This document shows positions 47,826 to 61,639 of a DNA stretch of 64,000 nucleotides, piece after piece (the first letter of the stretch is position 1; the number at the start of each line of letters is the position of its first letter). The notes beneath the pieces were generated by a model. The model was given only the letters and a program-made list of their open reading frames with translations, was not told where the DNA came from and did not search any database. Position numbers and translations under genes: made by a program. The stretch is from Lama guanicoe (Eukaryota), in assembly GCA_013239625.1 (NCBI GenBank), contig MU053881.1, positions 12,476,879-12,540,878 of the forward strand, given 5' to 3'.

Positions 47826-50800
47826 ATTCGCTCAGGCCCATCAGTCTTCCTTGTGTCACGAGGTTGCCTTGCCCATGGCTCCCCTATGTCATCAGAAAAT
47901 TCTAAACATGGATAAAAGGTGGCTTGGAAAGAGACACTTAATGGCTTCCCCAGGTAACTAGCCTTGTTCTACACAAAGATGTATTTAAGAGCATTTGTAA
48001 CTTCAAATTACCACGGAGCTGAAAGAGTTGAGCTGTCTCTCTGCAGTCTATGTTTCTCTCTCTCCTCCTTGCATGAGAATCATAATAAGCAGCCATCTAA
48101 ATTTAAAATGTTTAGTCTGTGGTTTTTACAGCATTCTCAAGCTTTAGAAGACTCTCAAACTTCCCCAGTCCTCTAGCTCCTTGAGTTCTATGAGCACCTC
48201 CTGTATTCCTTCCTAGGCTCCGGCTGGTGCTAGATGTGTTCTTCCCACTTGCAACACTGAAAGAATTCTGCCTCTTTTAAATTCACATTATTATTTGTAT
48301 TTTCTGGGAAGGGTATTAACACTTGTGTTTCAGGGAAAGAGAGACATAGTTCAGTTATTGCCTGAGGTCTTATGTTGTTACATCTCAGGTTGTCTTACTC
48401 CACAACGCGTGTTCTTTCAGTCCCATTTGACATCCTCTGGCCCATGTGAAAACTGCTTCCCATTTCTTTCTCTCTTCCATCCTGTCTCCTTCCTTCCTCC
48501 TCCTTTCTTCCCTTTCCAAGATTTCTTGAGTGAGAGTGAATGGAAGATCCGTGGAAATCTCCCAGCTTGCATGACAAAGTGGTTATTCACTGTTAAGAAT
48601 GAGGCCACTCAGAAAGTTCTCCATTTCTTCTCATTTATCAGCTGCTGACCACATATCACTGAGTTTACAGTGACACATTCTGTGACTGTGTTACCGCACT
48701 GTGTTAGTAAAAAGGACCAGTCAGAAGAACAATGAGAAGGGAAATGGCTCCACATGTACCTTTACATCTACTTGGAGAGACAGTGTATAAACCTCAGTAA
48801 AAATAAATGAATGTGTCCGTGCATGGTGAACATGCTTGATTACAAAATAAAAAAAACATTTCAGAATAATTGCAGAGATCATCTTAGATGTTGACTGGGC
48901 AGGTCTGGCCATACATGCAGAAGGAGTTAGATTTGACTGTGGCTAAAGTCATCTGGGAAATAGCCTTATGACTTTTCTGTATCTTTCCTACCATCTTTCT
49001 CGCATACATTTGTCTCCCAAAGGACCAGAGACATCATACATTTATGCAGCATTTATTTGGCCCTCAGTGGGTACCAGGAACTATACTCGAGGCTGTGGAT
49101 AGGAGGGTGAGTAAGACATGGGTTTCTAGGACAGGTGAGTTGCTTTATCAAAACTTCAGCACTTCCCTCTCATTTCTTTCCAGAAAGCTTCATATCCCTG
49201 CTCTTCTGAGCACCACTAATGTATTTTCCATTTGCCTGAGTCTATGTCCTAGAAAAAGGTCCAAAGAGAAGGCAATAACCAAGGAAGGGGGTCTTCTAAG
49301 AGATAGCTCTTCCCCATCATCATCGGGCACTAGATATGCCAGAGCTTTATTTAAGATCATTTTAGGGGAAGCAAGCAGGCTGTTGTGAGAGGAGTTAGAG
49401 ATTTGTCTTAAAATTATGTTGGCATAGCAAGCACACACATTTTGTTTGAATTCTTTATTTGAATTGGTTACAGGGAGAGAGAGAGAAGAAGATGGAGAAT
49501 ATTGGGAAAAAACAGAAGATTTCCCCCAAGCCATTGTGGGTAGAACTGTGGCGATCTGCTGTTTCTACAGCTGAGTATCTTATAAGTGGAGAGGGTCCCC
49601 TTGCAAACTTAAGGAAAAGCAGTTTCTATAGCAACACTCAAACCATTTGAAGGAAGACGAGATAATCCTTTTTTATAACCAAGGAAGTAGAGATAGAAAT
49701 TTATTAAAGGTGTATTTCAAATATATTCAAATACATATTCAGGGTAAGTATAGTCCTTCCATGTCCTGTCATTCATCCGGCTTAAATCCCAGAATGTTAA
49801 ATACCGATGTATCTCAATGGCTTATTTAGTTTTCTAAGACACATTTAACCCGCTGGGAGCATTAAAATCATGATTAAGGACATACTGTGGCTCCCGACTG
49901 CCTGGATTCATATCCTGGCTTGGACGCTTCTTATGCCTTCAATTTTAGTTTATTGGCCTATCTGCTGTTCAGATTTTCATCTTTAAAATGGAATCGAGCA
50001 TAATATCTACTCATAGGGTTTCTGTAAGCCTTAAAGAAATGAATGTGTACAGGCACCTTAGAATGGTGCCTGGTAAATGACAACAGTTCAATAAATATTG
50101 ACTATTATAATTAGTAGGTCTTCCAGAGACTAAAGAGCTTTCTCCTTTGTACTCCACAGATAAAATTGGGAATTCATAGTACATTTAAATAAATACAAGC
50201 AAATTCATCTTACTTTTTTTTTTTTTGGCCATCTACTTTACACAAGGCATCATGCTTGACACTGTGGGTAATGAAAAATTAACACTATTATCACTTCTTC
50301 TCTTAAGTTGTTTATTATGCAGTGGAAGGAGGGGAAGGGGACATACAGACAACCATTTACAGCCCAGATTCCAAAGGCAGAAGGAATATTCTTAGCCTCT
50401 TTCCTCTTTGTTAGGTACTTTAGCCTACTTTTGGTTCCTGGAACACACCAAGCTTATTCCTGCCCCAGGACCTTTGTGTTTGCTGTTCTTCTGCTGGATT
50501 GTTCTTTGTACTTTAGAAGGGTTGGTTCCTTGTGGTCATTCGGGTCTTAGCTCCTGTATCACCTGCTCCCTTCCTCGAGTTCCTTTACAGAAGTTGGTTC
50601 CTCCTGGTCATTTTTCTGTCAGAGCACCCTGTTTTTAAATTTTTTAAAAAATTTTTGTTTATTCCTAGCATTTTAAGTTTATAATTATGGTTTTAACTAA
50701 TTTGTTTAATGGCTTGCCTCATTGATTAGACTGACGTTTCATGAGAGAAGGAACTATTCCTGTTTTATTCACAGGTTTGTCTCTAATGCTTGTCACAGTG

Positions 50801-52092
50801 TTTGATGTCTAGTAGGTACTTATCGAATGAGTGAAGAATGAATGAATGAGTATAGTAAGTGGGAATGTAGAGGAGAAATTAATTGCTTGGCTTGGCCCTC
50901 CACAGAGTTTTTAAGAGAAAGGTGGAAGATGTAGATGAGGCATTGTAAAGGTACCATGAGAGAAGACATGGAGAATTGTGTGCCCTTTTCTGCTTTTGAT
51001 GGAGAATGTATCTTCTGACCTTTAACACATAACTGCAAAGTCTGATTTCAAGTTTCCTGTATCTCCTTGCCTCGCCTCTGTTACTGGGTAACTTTTGCTT
51101 TCACAGCCTTGTCTTTTCAATCTTGTTATACATCCACTTAAAGAAATGTACCAGAATGGAGTGCCATCTTGTTGCTTCGAAGCAGGAAATTTTGCTAAAA
51201 CATTCACACCCACACTCAAATTATGCATTCACGGGGGACTGCATAGATAGTGCAATCATGTTTATGCAGCTGAGAGCAAGAAAAGATCAGGTGACTGGTG
51301 GAGATCACTTAGCTAAGAGCTATGGGCTTCCATTAACTGTGATAACCACAGACTAATTTCAGTGCTGAACGAGGGCTGTAAGATAATTAGGAAGAGTGCA
51401 TGCCAGAATGCCAGTGCATATTTCTTCTAAATTAATACAGCCTCATCAAATAGGTTATATTAAAAACAGACACTATATGATACAAGATCATTGATTGGTT
51501 TAATTAATAACAATCAACAGGCAGAGTCAGGGCCTGCATTAACCTTGGCAGCAATTGGGGATTTGGAGAAGGTAACAGAGTGAGAATTATCTGTGGGTGA
51601 ATAAATCTGTGCTTACAAAATAGCTTCTGGGCTGGAGTCTGGCTGTGCACTAATGCAGCTACAGTGACGTTCACAAGGCGCTCTCTCAAAGCTTCTCCTC
51701 TGGGAGGACCCACCAGGGTCTTGTTCCAGAGCAAGGTAGGGAACCTGCCATGGAGAGACAGTTTGATGGTTCAAAGCCGCAAGATTCACTGGTGAGATGA
51801 ATCAATAAAATACAAAACTTTTCTAATTCTGCTAGCAAAAAAAAAAGACTCCAGAAATTAAAGCACAGGGATATGGTGATCATATACAAAAAGGTAAAAG
51901 ACTTAAGAAGTGACATAATCCAAACTGGCAAGCAATTGATATCATTCTTGATAAGGTGGCTTATCCAGCCCCATGTGAGATGAAAAGTCCTGTATTCATT
52001 TTATGGAGATTTTTGGGATCCTTACTTCCTAGAACAGGGAGAAACTTTTGTGGTGGTTTGAGTGATATTCTAGGAAATCTCCAGTTATTTCA

Positions 52093-52243
52093 ATTGCCAG
52101 ATTTAGCAAATAAAAATATAAGGAGTCCAGTTAAATTTGAATTTCAGATAAACATGCAGTATTTGGGACATTCTTCTTTCTAAAAAAGAATTGTTTTCTG
52201 AAATCCAAATATAACTGGGTGTTTTGCATTTTATTTGGCAACC
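52093..52243. mobile_element. MER53-like hAT MITE
   Basis: Palindromic ends 'ttgccagatttagcaaataaaaata...cagttaaatttgaatttcagataaac' and 'ctgaaatccaaatataactggg...ttggcaacc'. Confidence 0.8.
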
Positions 52244-53269
52244 ATACATTGTTTTAATTCATTTTATTTTTAAGTGGAATATCTTCTGGGTTTGCAGGGA
52301 GGAAGGAGACCAAAATATGTTTTAAAAAAAATCAGTGTACATGTTCCTCGCATTTTCTGAGTTAACTGGTGGGAATATAAAAATGAATAAGATTCATTTG
52401 CTGCCCTTAAAGGACTCAGAATATATTGGGAGAAACAGACTTTAAAGAATACCAACCTGTAATTGTTTAATATGTGTATACTGGTAGTATGTCCAAGATA
52501 AACTGAGGTCACAAAGAAAGGAGGGACCCCAAGATAGCTGAGTATCACTGTCTCAACTAAAGGATAATAACATTATACATTAGTAACATGCTTCATGCTC
52601 TTCTCCCATCACCATTTTATCCTCATAAAGATTAGTTCTTAAAAGGTTACAGAAGAACAGATTGCCTTTTTGGGAATCAACTTTTAGGTAGTAATAATAA
52701 AAAGATGTTTTCAATAGAAACATTGAAACTTTATAGAAACTTTAGAAAGCAGTCTTAACATTTGTAAAATTTGATTGTTTGGCAGGAATGATGAAATAAT
52801 TGCAGCCGACTAGATAATTGTAGCACTGATCCAACATTGAGGCTAACTTAGTGTAAATGGATCACCAGTGTGCTGACTGAAACAAAAGGAGTGGCTCTGA
52901 TTCAAGCCAGTTTTGAAGCTGATACAGGGTGCTTCACATTGTTTAAGGAAAAGAATATGTAAGAAAACGAGTCAGCGTGTTTCCTGTATTTTTAATAAAT
53001 ACTTAATGATTTGACTCTTGACTGAAAGAACTTTTTGGAGACTTGACCTTCTTGATCTTGCATCATCAGTGTCCCCTTGAGACCAACTTTCCTTGTGCCA
53101 CTGAAACCAATGGTATGCATATTTTTGAACTTTGTCATTCAAGATGAACTGTTGTTGATTACATTTAGAATTGGCAAAGGTTCAGGGAAAGCAGTTCTTC
53201 CACGTATTGGCGGTGCCAGCGTTGTACTAAATGCTCAATAAATGCTTGTTGACTTTGGTTGAATGAATA

Positions 53270-55640
53270 CCCTCTTACACAGCAATTTTATTTTTAGGAA
53301 TATAGATGAAGAGAAGAATAATGATGTGACAATGATTTAGCAATAAGGATAGATGCAGAATTTTTATAATAACTAATAAAGAGGGAAAAAAACTAAGCAG
53401 CTGTGGTAAGTTACTGAATAACACAATTATGGTTACATTATTTAATGAACTATTAATCAGCTATTTAAAATTACTATGCAGATGTGCGTTTATTGAAATA
53501 TACAAACATTCACAATGTAGTATTAAAGGAAAAAACACTTTATCAGGAGCAGGTACTCTAGTATCCCATGTTGTGTGTGTGTGTGTGTGTATTGGGGGGG
53601 TATTTGTGTATGTGTATGTTTATGTAAATGGAAAAAAGCCTAGAAGATTTCATATCAAATATTAAATTTGACTGTGGATAACGATTATTAATGATATTTT
53701 TCTGCACCCATTTCTTTTTCCTTTCTCTCTGGGACTCTAATAACATGTGAGATCTTTTGATATTGTCCCACAGTTTGGGGGCTCTGTTTATTTATCTTTC
53801 TAAAATCTTTTCCTTTCTGCTCTTTACATTGCACACTTCTTATTGCTCAATCTTTAATTTCCCTGGCCCTTTCCTTGTCTGTCTCCATTCTGCTACTGAG
53901 CCCATGCAGTGAATTTTTAAAGTTTAAGGTATTGTATTTTTCAGTTCTAAAATTTCCATTTGGTTGTTTTTTTTTTTTAATAGTTTAAATTTTGCTTCTG
54001 AGAACTGTTATCTTTCCCTTAATTTCAACAGTGTTCACCTTTGCCTCCCGGAAGATTGTTACAATAGCCATTTAAAGTATGACAATCCTAACATCTGGGT
54101 CATCTCGGGCTTGTTGTCTGTTGGTTGTCTGTTCTCTTGAATATTGTTCAGATAATTTTGGTACTTTGTTTGTCGAATAATTTTAGATTGTATCCTGGAT
54201 GTTTTTGAATATTATGGTGATAGAGATTTGAGTCCTATTAAATCCTCTGCAGTGTTGTTCTTGCTCAAGCAGGCAATCAACTTAGTTACATTCAGATCAC
54301 AAGTTCTGACCTCCTTCTGGCAGTGATGTTCCCCAGGGCAGTCTGGATTTCAAACTTCTGCTATGCTCTTTGGATCAGCCTGGCATATGTGCCTCTTGGG
54401 GGTTAGTCTTGGACTTGGGCAGTGGTTTATACGGTAGTTCACTTCTTGAAGCCTTTGCTCTTTTCTTTGGGTCTGTTCTGTGTGCACAGCTTGGAGGCAA
54501 GCCCAGAACTTATGTGACTTCATACACAGAATCAGAGGAATCCCTTCCTCAGCTCTTTCCTCTCTGAGGTTTCTCCTGTACTCCCTGGATCCCAGGGGTC
54601 TCTTTCCTCAGTACCTCTGGTCAGAAAGATTTCTTTCCCTGAAACTTTTAGCTTTCTTTGCTGTTGGGAAGTTCCTCGTGACTGGAGCTTCCCACTTTGC
54701 AGACAATCATTTAAATTCTGATTTTAGTCCTCTATCCACCTGCTTTTATTTTTTTTTTAACTTTTCGGAGTCCTCAAGTAGTGCATTTTGCATTCTGTTG
54801 AGAATCTTTAGTTATAAATCAGTAGCAAGAGAGAAACTTTATCAGCTTTTCCATCTTAGTTGTACCAGAAGTCCCCTGATCCTTTATTTTCCTGTAAGTC
54901 TTTATTTATTTTCTAGATCTTCTAACCATGAACATATGCGATTTGTAAGGGTAAAAAAAAATTTTTTTTAATTTAAAAGGAATAATTTTTGGGAGGAATA
55001 CCATGATTTTTTGGGAAATGTTGTAATGATACAATAGTTTTTCAAGGATCAGATAATTAAATATGAAAACAATTGATAATAACCAATTTGCGTGCAGGTA
55101 TGGGATCATGGGCAGCCAGTTTTTTGTAATGAGAGCGGTATACACATCAGTAAATTCATTTTCCTAGTCATATGGCTATCATGATAAATTTAAAATGTGC
55201 ATTTCCTTTGAACTAGAAGTTCAAATTTCAGGAATGCATCAAGCAAGCAAATACATGTTCTTCACAGCATCATTATATATATGAAAATTGGAAAAAAAAT
55301 TAAACTCTCATCAATCTAGCAGTAGTTTAGTATATTACAGTATCCCCATACAGTAAACTTCTATGTAGCTACTAAAACATCTATATTTATTTACTGAAAA
55401 AGATAACTACAATTAATGTTTGAGGAACAAGTGAGTTACAGATTATACATATAAAAACCCCATTTGTGTTTATATATATGTCAGTAAGTAAACAATGCTC
55501 AGAATCACTGTGCAAGAATACACATGGAACTTGCATGAGTTATTTTCTCTGGAAATTGGAAAATTAGGGGAACATGAATGCTATTTCATTGTCTCTGTTG
55601 CTTGAGATTTTTGAAATTAATAAAGGTTAAAATGATTTTT
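53270..55640. mobile_element. Cluster of old L1 fragments (plus-strand 3' pieces flanking a minus-strand 5'/ORF1 piece at ~53700-54880)
   Basis: 'ttgtatttttcagttctaaaatttccatttggtt', 'ccattctgctactgagcccatgcagtgaattttt' and 'aacatctgggtcatctc' are typical antisense L1M ORF1 sequence. Confidence 0.7.
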
Positions 55641-58194
55641 ATTTGAAAAATATATATCAAGATGCTTCTGGAAAGAGATTTCAGCCCATTTGAGAAGTTT
55701 AAATTTTTGTTTTCTCCACAGTTGGTAATTAACTAATCCCTGCTAAACCTGGGGCAGGTGATGTGATGCAGTGGTATGACTTAGCTTTAGGCTGCTGCCC
55801 TGGAAATTCCATAAGCTGCTCTGAGTGGTCAGCCAATTAGAAAGAGATGGTATAGCCATAAGGAGACCACCATGTGACATGAAGGAGGCCAGAGGGACAC
55901 TGATTTTGAGATATGAATGCATAGATGTGTACACAAAGGCTTGCCTTATAGCATAGTTGAAGATTCAGTTACGGATCAGCAAAAGCTAGAGAGACTGATC
56001 CTGGGTATCCAGAGAAGTCAGGAGTGGTGTTTTTGTGCAACTGATTCCTACTTGCTGGGTTGGCAACTTCAGCACCTGTTTCTTACCAAGTGCCTGTGTT
56101 TTTGAATCAAGACTTTCCATGAAATAATGGAGTTGGTAGATCAAAGTTCAAGGTTAAAGGGAGCCTTTAGGGAAATTTCTCTGAATTCCGGTATACTAAG
56201 TGTCCAAACAACTCACAATGGCACTTAGTCACCTACTTCTCAAAGGATTTGCAGAGTTATTTCATGCATGTGAAACTCATTTCTACACAGTCTGTTTCCT
56301 GAGGGAATGACTCCTTACTGTGCTTCATTTTTCTTGAACACGTATATACTACTTGATGTTTTTCTGTGACATTTTTCTTTTATTTTGTTATTTATCATCT
56401 GTTTCCTCTACTACAATATTGACTGTATGATTGGCTTTTCTTCTTTTGCTCTGTGCTATAGGCCCAGTATTCAAATGGTGCCTGACCCAGAGTGGGGACA
56501 TAATAAATACTGATTAAAGAATAGTGCATGAGGACTGGACATGGGGTTTCTGCTTTTTCTCTCTTTCCCCTCATATTCTTGTCTCACTTCAATCTCCCCA
56601 GTGTCAGTGCACAGCATAGTGTTAGGACTTTGATATCAATCAAATGGGAGATTTAAAAATCAAGAGTGGATTTGAAAGTGCTTTTTCTATCTATCTTTGA
56701 AACATTCTAGGCTTAAAGGTTCTCCACTGTTGGCAGCAATGAGTAGGTTTCAAAATAGGAATTTCACAATTTTCATTTTTCTGCTTGACACCTTACAGCC
56801 AGTCCTTCTCAAAGAGGGACCACAACTGGTACATTTCAACTTGGCCCTAATCCCTTATATTACTATTTTCACAGCTTCTCAACTGAGCATTTTATTTCGC
56901 ATGTTAATATATAGGAAATGTGAGTGTATCTTACTGTCACTGGCGTCTTAACAATGTGTCGTAGTTTAATTTGTAATGTCTGATGTGTCATACAATTGAT
57001 GGATCTGAGATTTGAATGATCATACCTTTATTTCAGCATTTTGGGGAATCAAATGGAAATTAGTGCTGTAGGAAGAGGGCTTGAGTTGTAAACAAAAGGA
57101 CTGAGCTTAGTTCTGCTAATTATGTGACAGTGAACAGGAACTTTGTCCTTCTGGGTCTCTCTCTAATCTGTAAAATGCCATTGGAAGAGAGCATTGGTCT
57201 AATATTTTAGTGAGGGATTATTTGGTTGTTAGACACAGAACCCATAATTTAAGGGTGAAAGGAGTGACCATAATGAATCATGAGTAGGCATGGAAACCAA
57301 GGGCAGAAAGAGTTTGTTTTCATGAACTATGAATACCTGGAGCTGGAAAATAGTCAGGATCTGAGGAGGTTACTTTCATTTTTTCTCTTTTCCTATTTCT
57401 CTTTCATGTCACATATGTTCTTTAATTAAGTTTTCTGTGCTTTTTTTTTTCTCCAATACTGTAGACTCCCTTCCCTGATTTGGTATGCACATGAATAAAG
57501 ATGGTTTATCTAGCTTCTGGTTTAATTCCAGAGGCTGATTGGCATGTTTGAGGTTCAAGTCTAATCTGATTCTCCCACTGTGGTTCAAGAGTCTATGTCT
57601 GTGATAAGGCATGGAAGAGTCATTGCTTACAAACATGGCTTAGAGGTCCACTCCAGTGTTTAAAGGGAGGTAATTCTCAGAGAATAGGGAAAAAAGCTAG
57701 GCAGGTTCTATCGTAGCTAGATAATCTTTGTAGTCTCTTCCAGGTCTAAAATTGGATGAGCTATCATGTGGAAAAAAAATGCAGTTTTAATGTAATTCAG
57801 AACTTTTCTGCCAAAGAATGGGCTTGGTGACAGATTACAGAGTGGTGAATAGCCCTTCCTTTATATTGTCTCAGTAATGAAAATCTTAACTAACTCCTGG
57901 ACTTCTTTCTTATTTTATGAAAGGACCTGTGTAGATGTGGCTGTTTTCCAAATCTGACATGAAGCTAGTGAGGAGAGGACTTTAAAAAGCATTACTATTA
58001 TAACTTTCCATTTTTTCAATTGAAATAATTAGCCTAAGGGTAATGATTTGTCATTGTGAAACATTGTTTTATCTTCAAAAGGATAGCAACACTTGAATCA
58101 AGCATCTTTCTGTACAGTTTGTATTTATTCTCTTATTTCCATTGAGTGAAACAATGTAATCTTACAGTTTCTCCTTGCATTTGGAGACACACAT

Positions 58195-58247
<53 letters not shown>

Positions 58248-58360
58248 CAGAGAGAAAGAGAGAGAGGGAGGGGAAGAGACAGAGAAAGAGAGAGAGAGAA
58301 AAGGATAAAGAAGGAGGAGGAGGAGGGAGAGAAGAAGAAGGTGAGGAAAAAGAAGAGAGG
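58195..58360. repeat. Compound (TG)n(AG)n(ACAGAG)n and GA-rich polypurine tract
   Basis: Directly visible; accounts for four spurious ORFs in the track. Confidence 0.95.
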
Positions 58361-59095
58361 CTGCAACGAGGGAGCTTGGGCATATATTGTTTCTTTTCCA
58401 CCCACAACAATACTTCCTTTAGATCCTTGGGGACAATCATGCTCCAGGCTCATTTTTCTAGGATGTTAAATTTCTCATGCTTGGGGTGAGTAGAAAAACC
58501 AAGGTCACAAAAAGTTGAGGTGACCTGGGACAATTATTCACTGTGGGAAAAAGACCTAAGAAATCTTAGTTTCCTTGGAATGGAAAGTAATAGTGCTTGC
58601 AAATGTACTTTGTCCTAGAGTATTTTTATGTAGTAGCTTTAATACTTATGACAGTTTGGCACACTACTGTCATTCCCAAGTCACTGAAAAGAAATGATGG
58701 GTAACTTGATCTCAGTGACACAGCTAGCGTGTGGTGGATCTGGGATTTGAAAGTGGACATATCTGCTTCCTGAGCCTGTGCCCTTTCAGGACTGATTCAG
58801 GGCACGAGCTCTTGGTCTGGCATGTGTGACGCTGCTCTGAGCTCTCAGGCAAGTCCCTTAACATTTCTGTGCTTCATTTTCACCAGGCATAAAGTCTGTC
58901 AGATAGAAATCAATCAAAAAGGGTTTAATGAATATAATTGGATACTTATCTACCTCTGGGGTTATTGTGGATGATTTCTGTGTAGAGCATGGGGATTTAG
59001 AGTTGGGCTTGCTTCGTTCACCTGCGTGACTCTGGGCTTATTCAATTTCTTTAAACCTTGATTTTCTCAATGATAGAACAAAGGATAAAAAGAAA

Positions 59096-59285
59096 TAGGT
59101 ACAAACTATTATGTATAAAATAAGCTACAAGGATATATGGTACAGCACAGGGAATATAGCCAATATTTCATGACAACTATAAATAGAGCATAACTTTTAA
59201 AAATCGTGAGTCACTATATTGTACACCTGTAACATATAATATTATGCACCAACTATAGTTCAATTTAAAAAAGGAAGAGAAAAAA
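59096..59285 (+). mobile_element. L1 3' end inserted in a MIR
   Basis: 'aggtacaaactattatgtataaaataagctacaaggatata...cagggaatatagccaatattt...aactatagttcaat'. AAAAAGAAA is repeated on both sides. Confidence 0.85.
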
Positions 59286-61639
59286 GAAAACTAAGTCATT
59301 GGGTCATTATGAAGATTAGATAACATTCAAAAATCCTTATCAGGAATCTAGGCACATAGCAGTTGCTCTACAAATTTCAGCTGTTCACTGTTACAAAGAA
59401 AAACTTATGCGGCCAAAGACTTAAAAACTCTGGATTCAGAGTCTAGAGTTACACCATAAAACCACCTAGGACTTGGAAACTTATTGGCTGTTGAAAAAAC
59501 AGAACTTTCAACTTAGGTCCAGTCCTTCCTCTGGTGGTGCTGTAACTCCATTTCAGGGTCTCTGGGGCACACAAATCTCACATTTCTCTGTGGCAACATC
59601 TTATTCCAGGCTTGTAAACAGCCTAAGGGCAAAAAAGATGAGAATTCTGGGCATCATTAGGAGGCACGTAGAAACCTTCCAGGATGTAACACAGAAGTTT
59701 AATGTTCCAGTTATCCTTACCTATACACATTTCTATGACTGTGAATGTATATGACTTTCTTTCACTGAGACTCAGAGATCTAAGTTTGGTTGTGCCAAGA
59801 AGAAAGCAATGGGGAGAAAATCAGCAACAAATTTACTCTTATGATCAGAGTCTGAAGGATTCAGTGTCTGTCTGTGTATGTATTTGCTTATCAACTGCAT
59901 CTACTGATATCTTTTAATGTAGAAAAATGACTAATTTTCCTCCTACGTGCCATAATTTGTAAAGAAGCAGGCACTCTGTCATCTTTCTTCAGTAGATTAC
60001 CATAAAATATGTGGTGGAAGAAAGATTAGTTCATTCTGTTATGTAATTATATAAACTGCTTTATAATTTAACTTAGATTTAGAAGTTTCGTTCTGTGGGA
60101 TTATGAGGATATACTTTGGTAGTCTGGCTTTTATTTTTGTTTTTATAAACTAGTATTCATTACCACTAACTGTTTGGTATGTATCAATCTTCAGTGCCCA
60201 AATAATGCCCTTAAATAGAATTAAATTTTATTTTCCTTTGTGCAGATAAAATTCCCCTCCAAAAACTGGCATAGATTTAGTGAGATATGCAAAAACTGCT
60301 GGGTAATTTATGGATAGACTTGCTAGGCAAGAATTAACCTTTTCCTTTATTACAAGACCGTAAGTCCAATGGTGTGAAACCATAGGAGAATTAGAATGAA
60401 AGGTCTTATCAGTCTCTGCTGCAACTATAAAGAAAATGACATCAAGACAAGCATTCTGAAGAATTGAAGGAACATATAATACATTTAAAACCTTGTCTAT
60501 TTAATAGCAAAGTAACACACCATAAGACTCTTACCTGTCATTTCACCTATGGACAGTAGATAGATAAGTATTCTGGACTGAAATATTTAAAAGTGAAAGA
60601 TTGTATGTTTTGAATTTTATGAGAAAAGATTATATTTCAGATTTGTTTTTTGAGGACTCAGATAGCAGCATTTAAAAAAAAATTCCTCTTTAGTCTGAGA
60701 GCTGAAGGTGGAGCCCTTGTGCTGTGTCCAAGAGGCATTCTCAACTTTAACTCTTTTAAACTTGTTTATGCAGTTCTAGAAAAGGCACAGTCAACCAAAA
60801 AACAAAAAAAAAAATACCAAAAAACAACAAAAAAACTGTGACTGCTTTTTAATTTCTGGATTTCTACCCTTGGAAACTAGATTTATAGGATTTCTTGGGA
60901 CACAGGAAAACCAGCCAAAAGCTCTGTTGAGGTTTGGAGTTGGTGGTTTTTGCTGTGACTTGTGGTTTTGTCAGTTTCTGGAAGATTGAAGGAGACTCAT
61001 TGTTCATTCTCGTCTCCGTGAGATGTTACTGCAGAAACATCCTTAAAGGACCTCAGTTTTATCATTTTTAAAACAAACAGATTCTATTAGCTCTTTCCTA
61101 TGTTCTTTCCCCTTAGAACATTCTTCAGTCCCAGGGTGTTTTTAAAGTATTTCCCATCTGTATTGGCTTGCCCTTTGAAGAAATGTAACTGCCTTAGGTG
61201 TGAGGGCAACAAAAGGAGAGAGGTGAAAAGGTAGTATCTGTCAAATCCCTGCTCTGTGCCCAGCACTTCACAAGTTTTGTCTCATTTTCTTTTTAAACAA
61301 GAACCCTCACAGGGTTCACAGTCGATGTTACTAGCACTCTTACAGATGGAAACACTCCAGCTCCATAACAGTAAGTAATTTATGCAAAGACACATACTGA
61401 GGAAGTGGCAGAGATTTGGACACAACTCAGTTTCACTTCAATTTGGGGGTTTCTCCACTGGAATCAAAGCTTTGTATACACCTGCAACAGAAAATATGGA
61501 AAGCAGTCTTTTTTTTTTTCCCTTGAAATGAATACAGAGAATTTAGATTAAAAATACAGAGCATGAACTTAAAGTTACATGGAAATATTATTTTTTCACC
61601 TATCAGTATGGCAGAAATCAGTATTAGCACATTGCCTTG

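Noticed and set aside
58133..58489. RE/ER-rich and LS-rich ORFs (also 25299-25598 and 21131-21325)
   Set aside because: These are translations of microsatellites.
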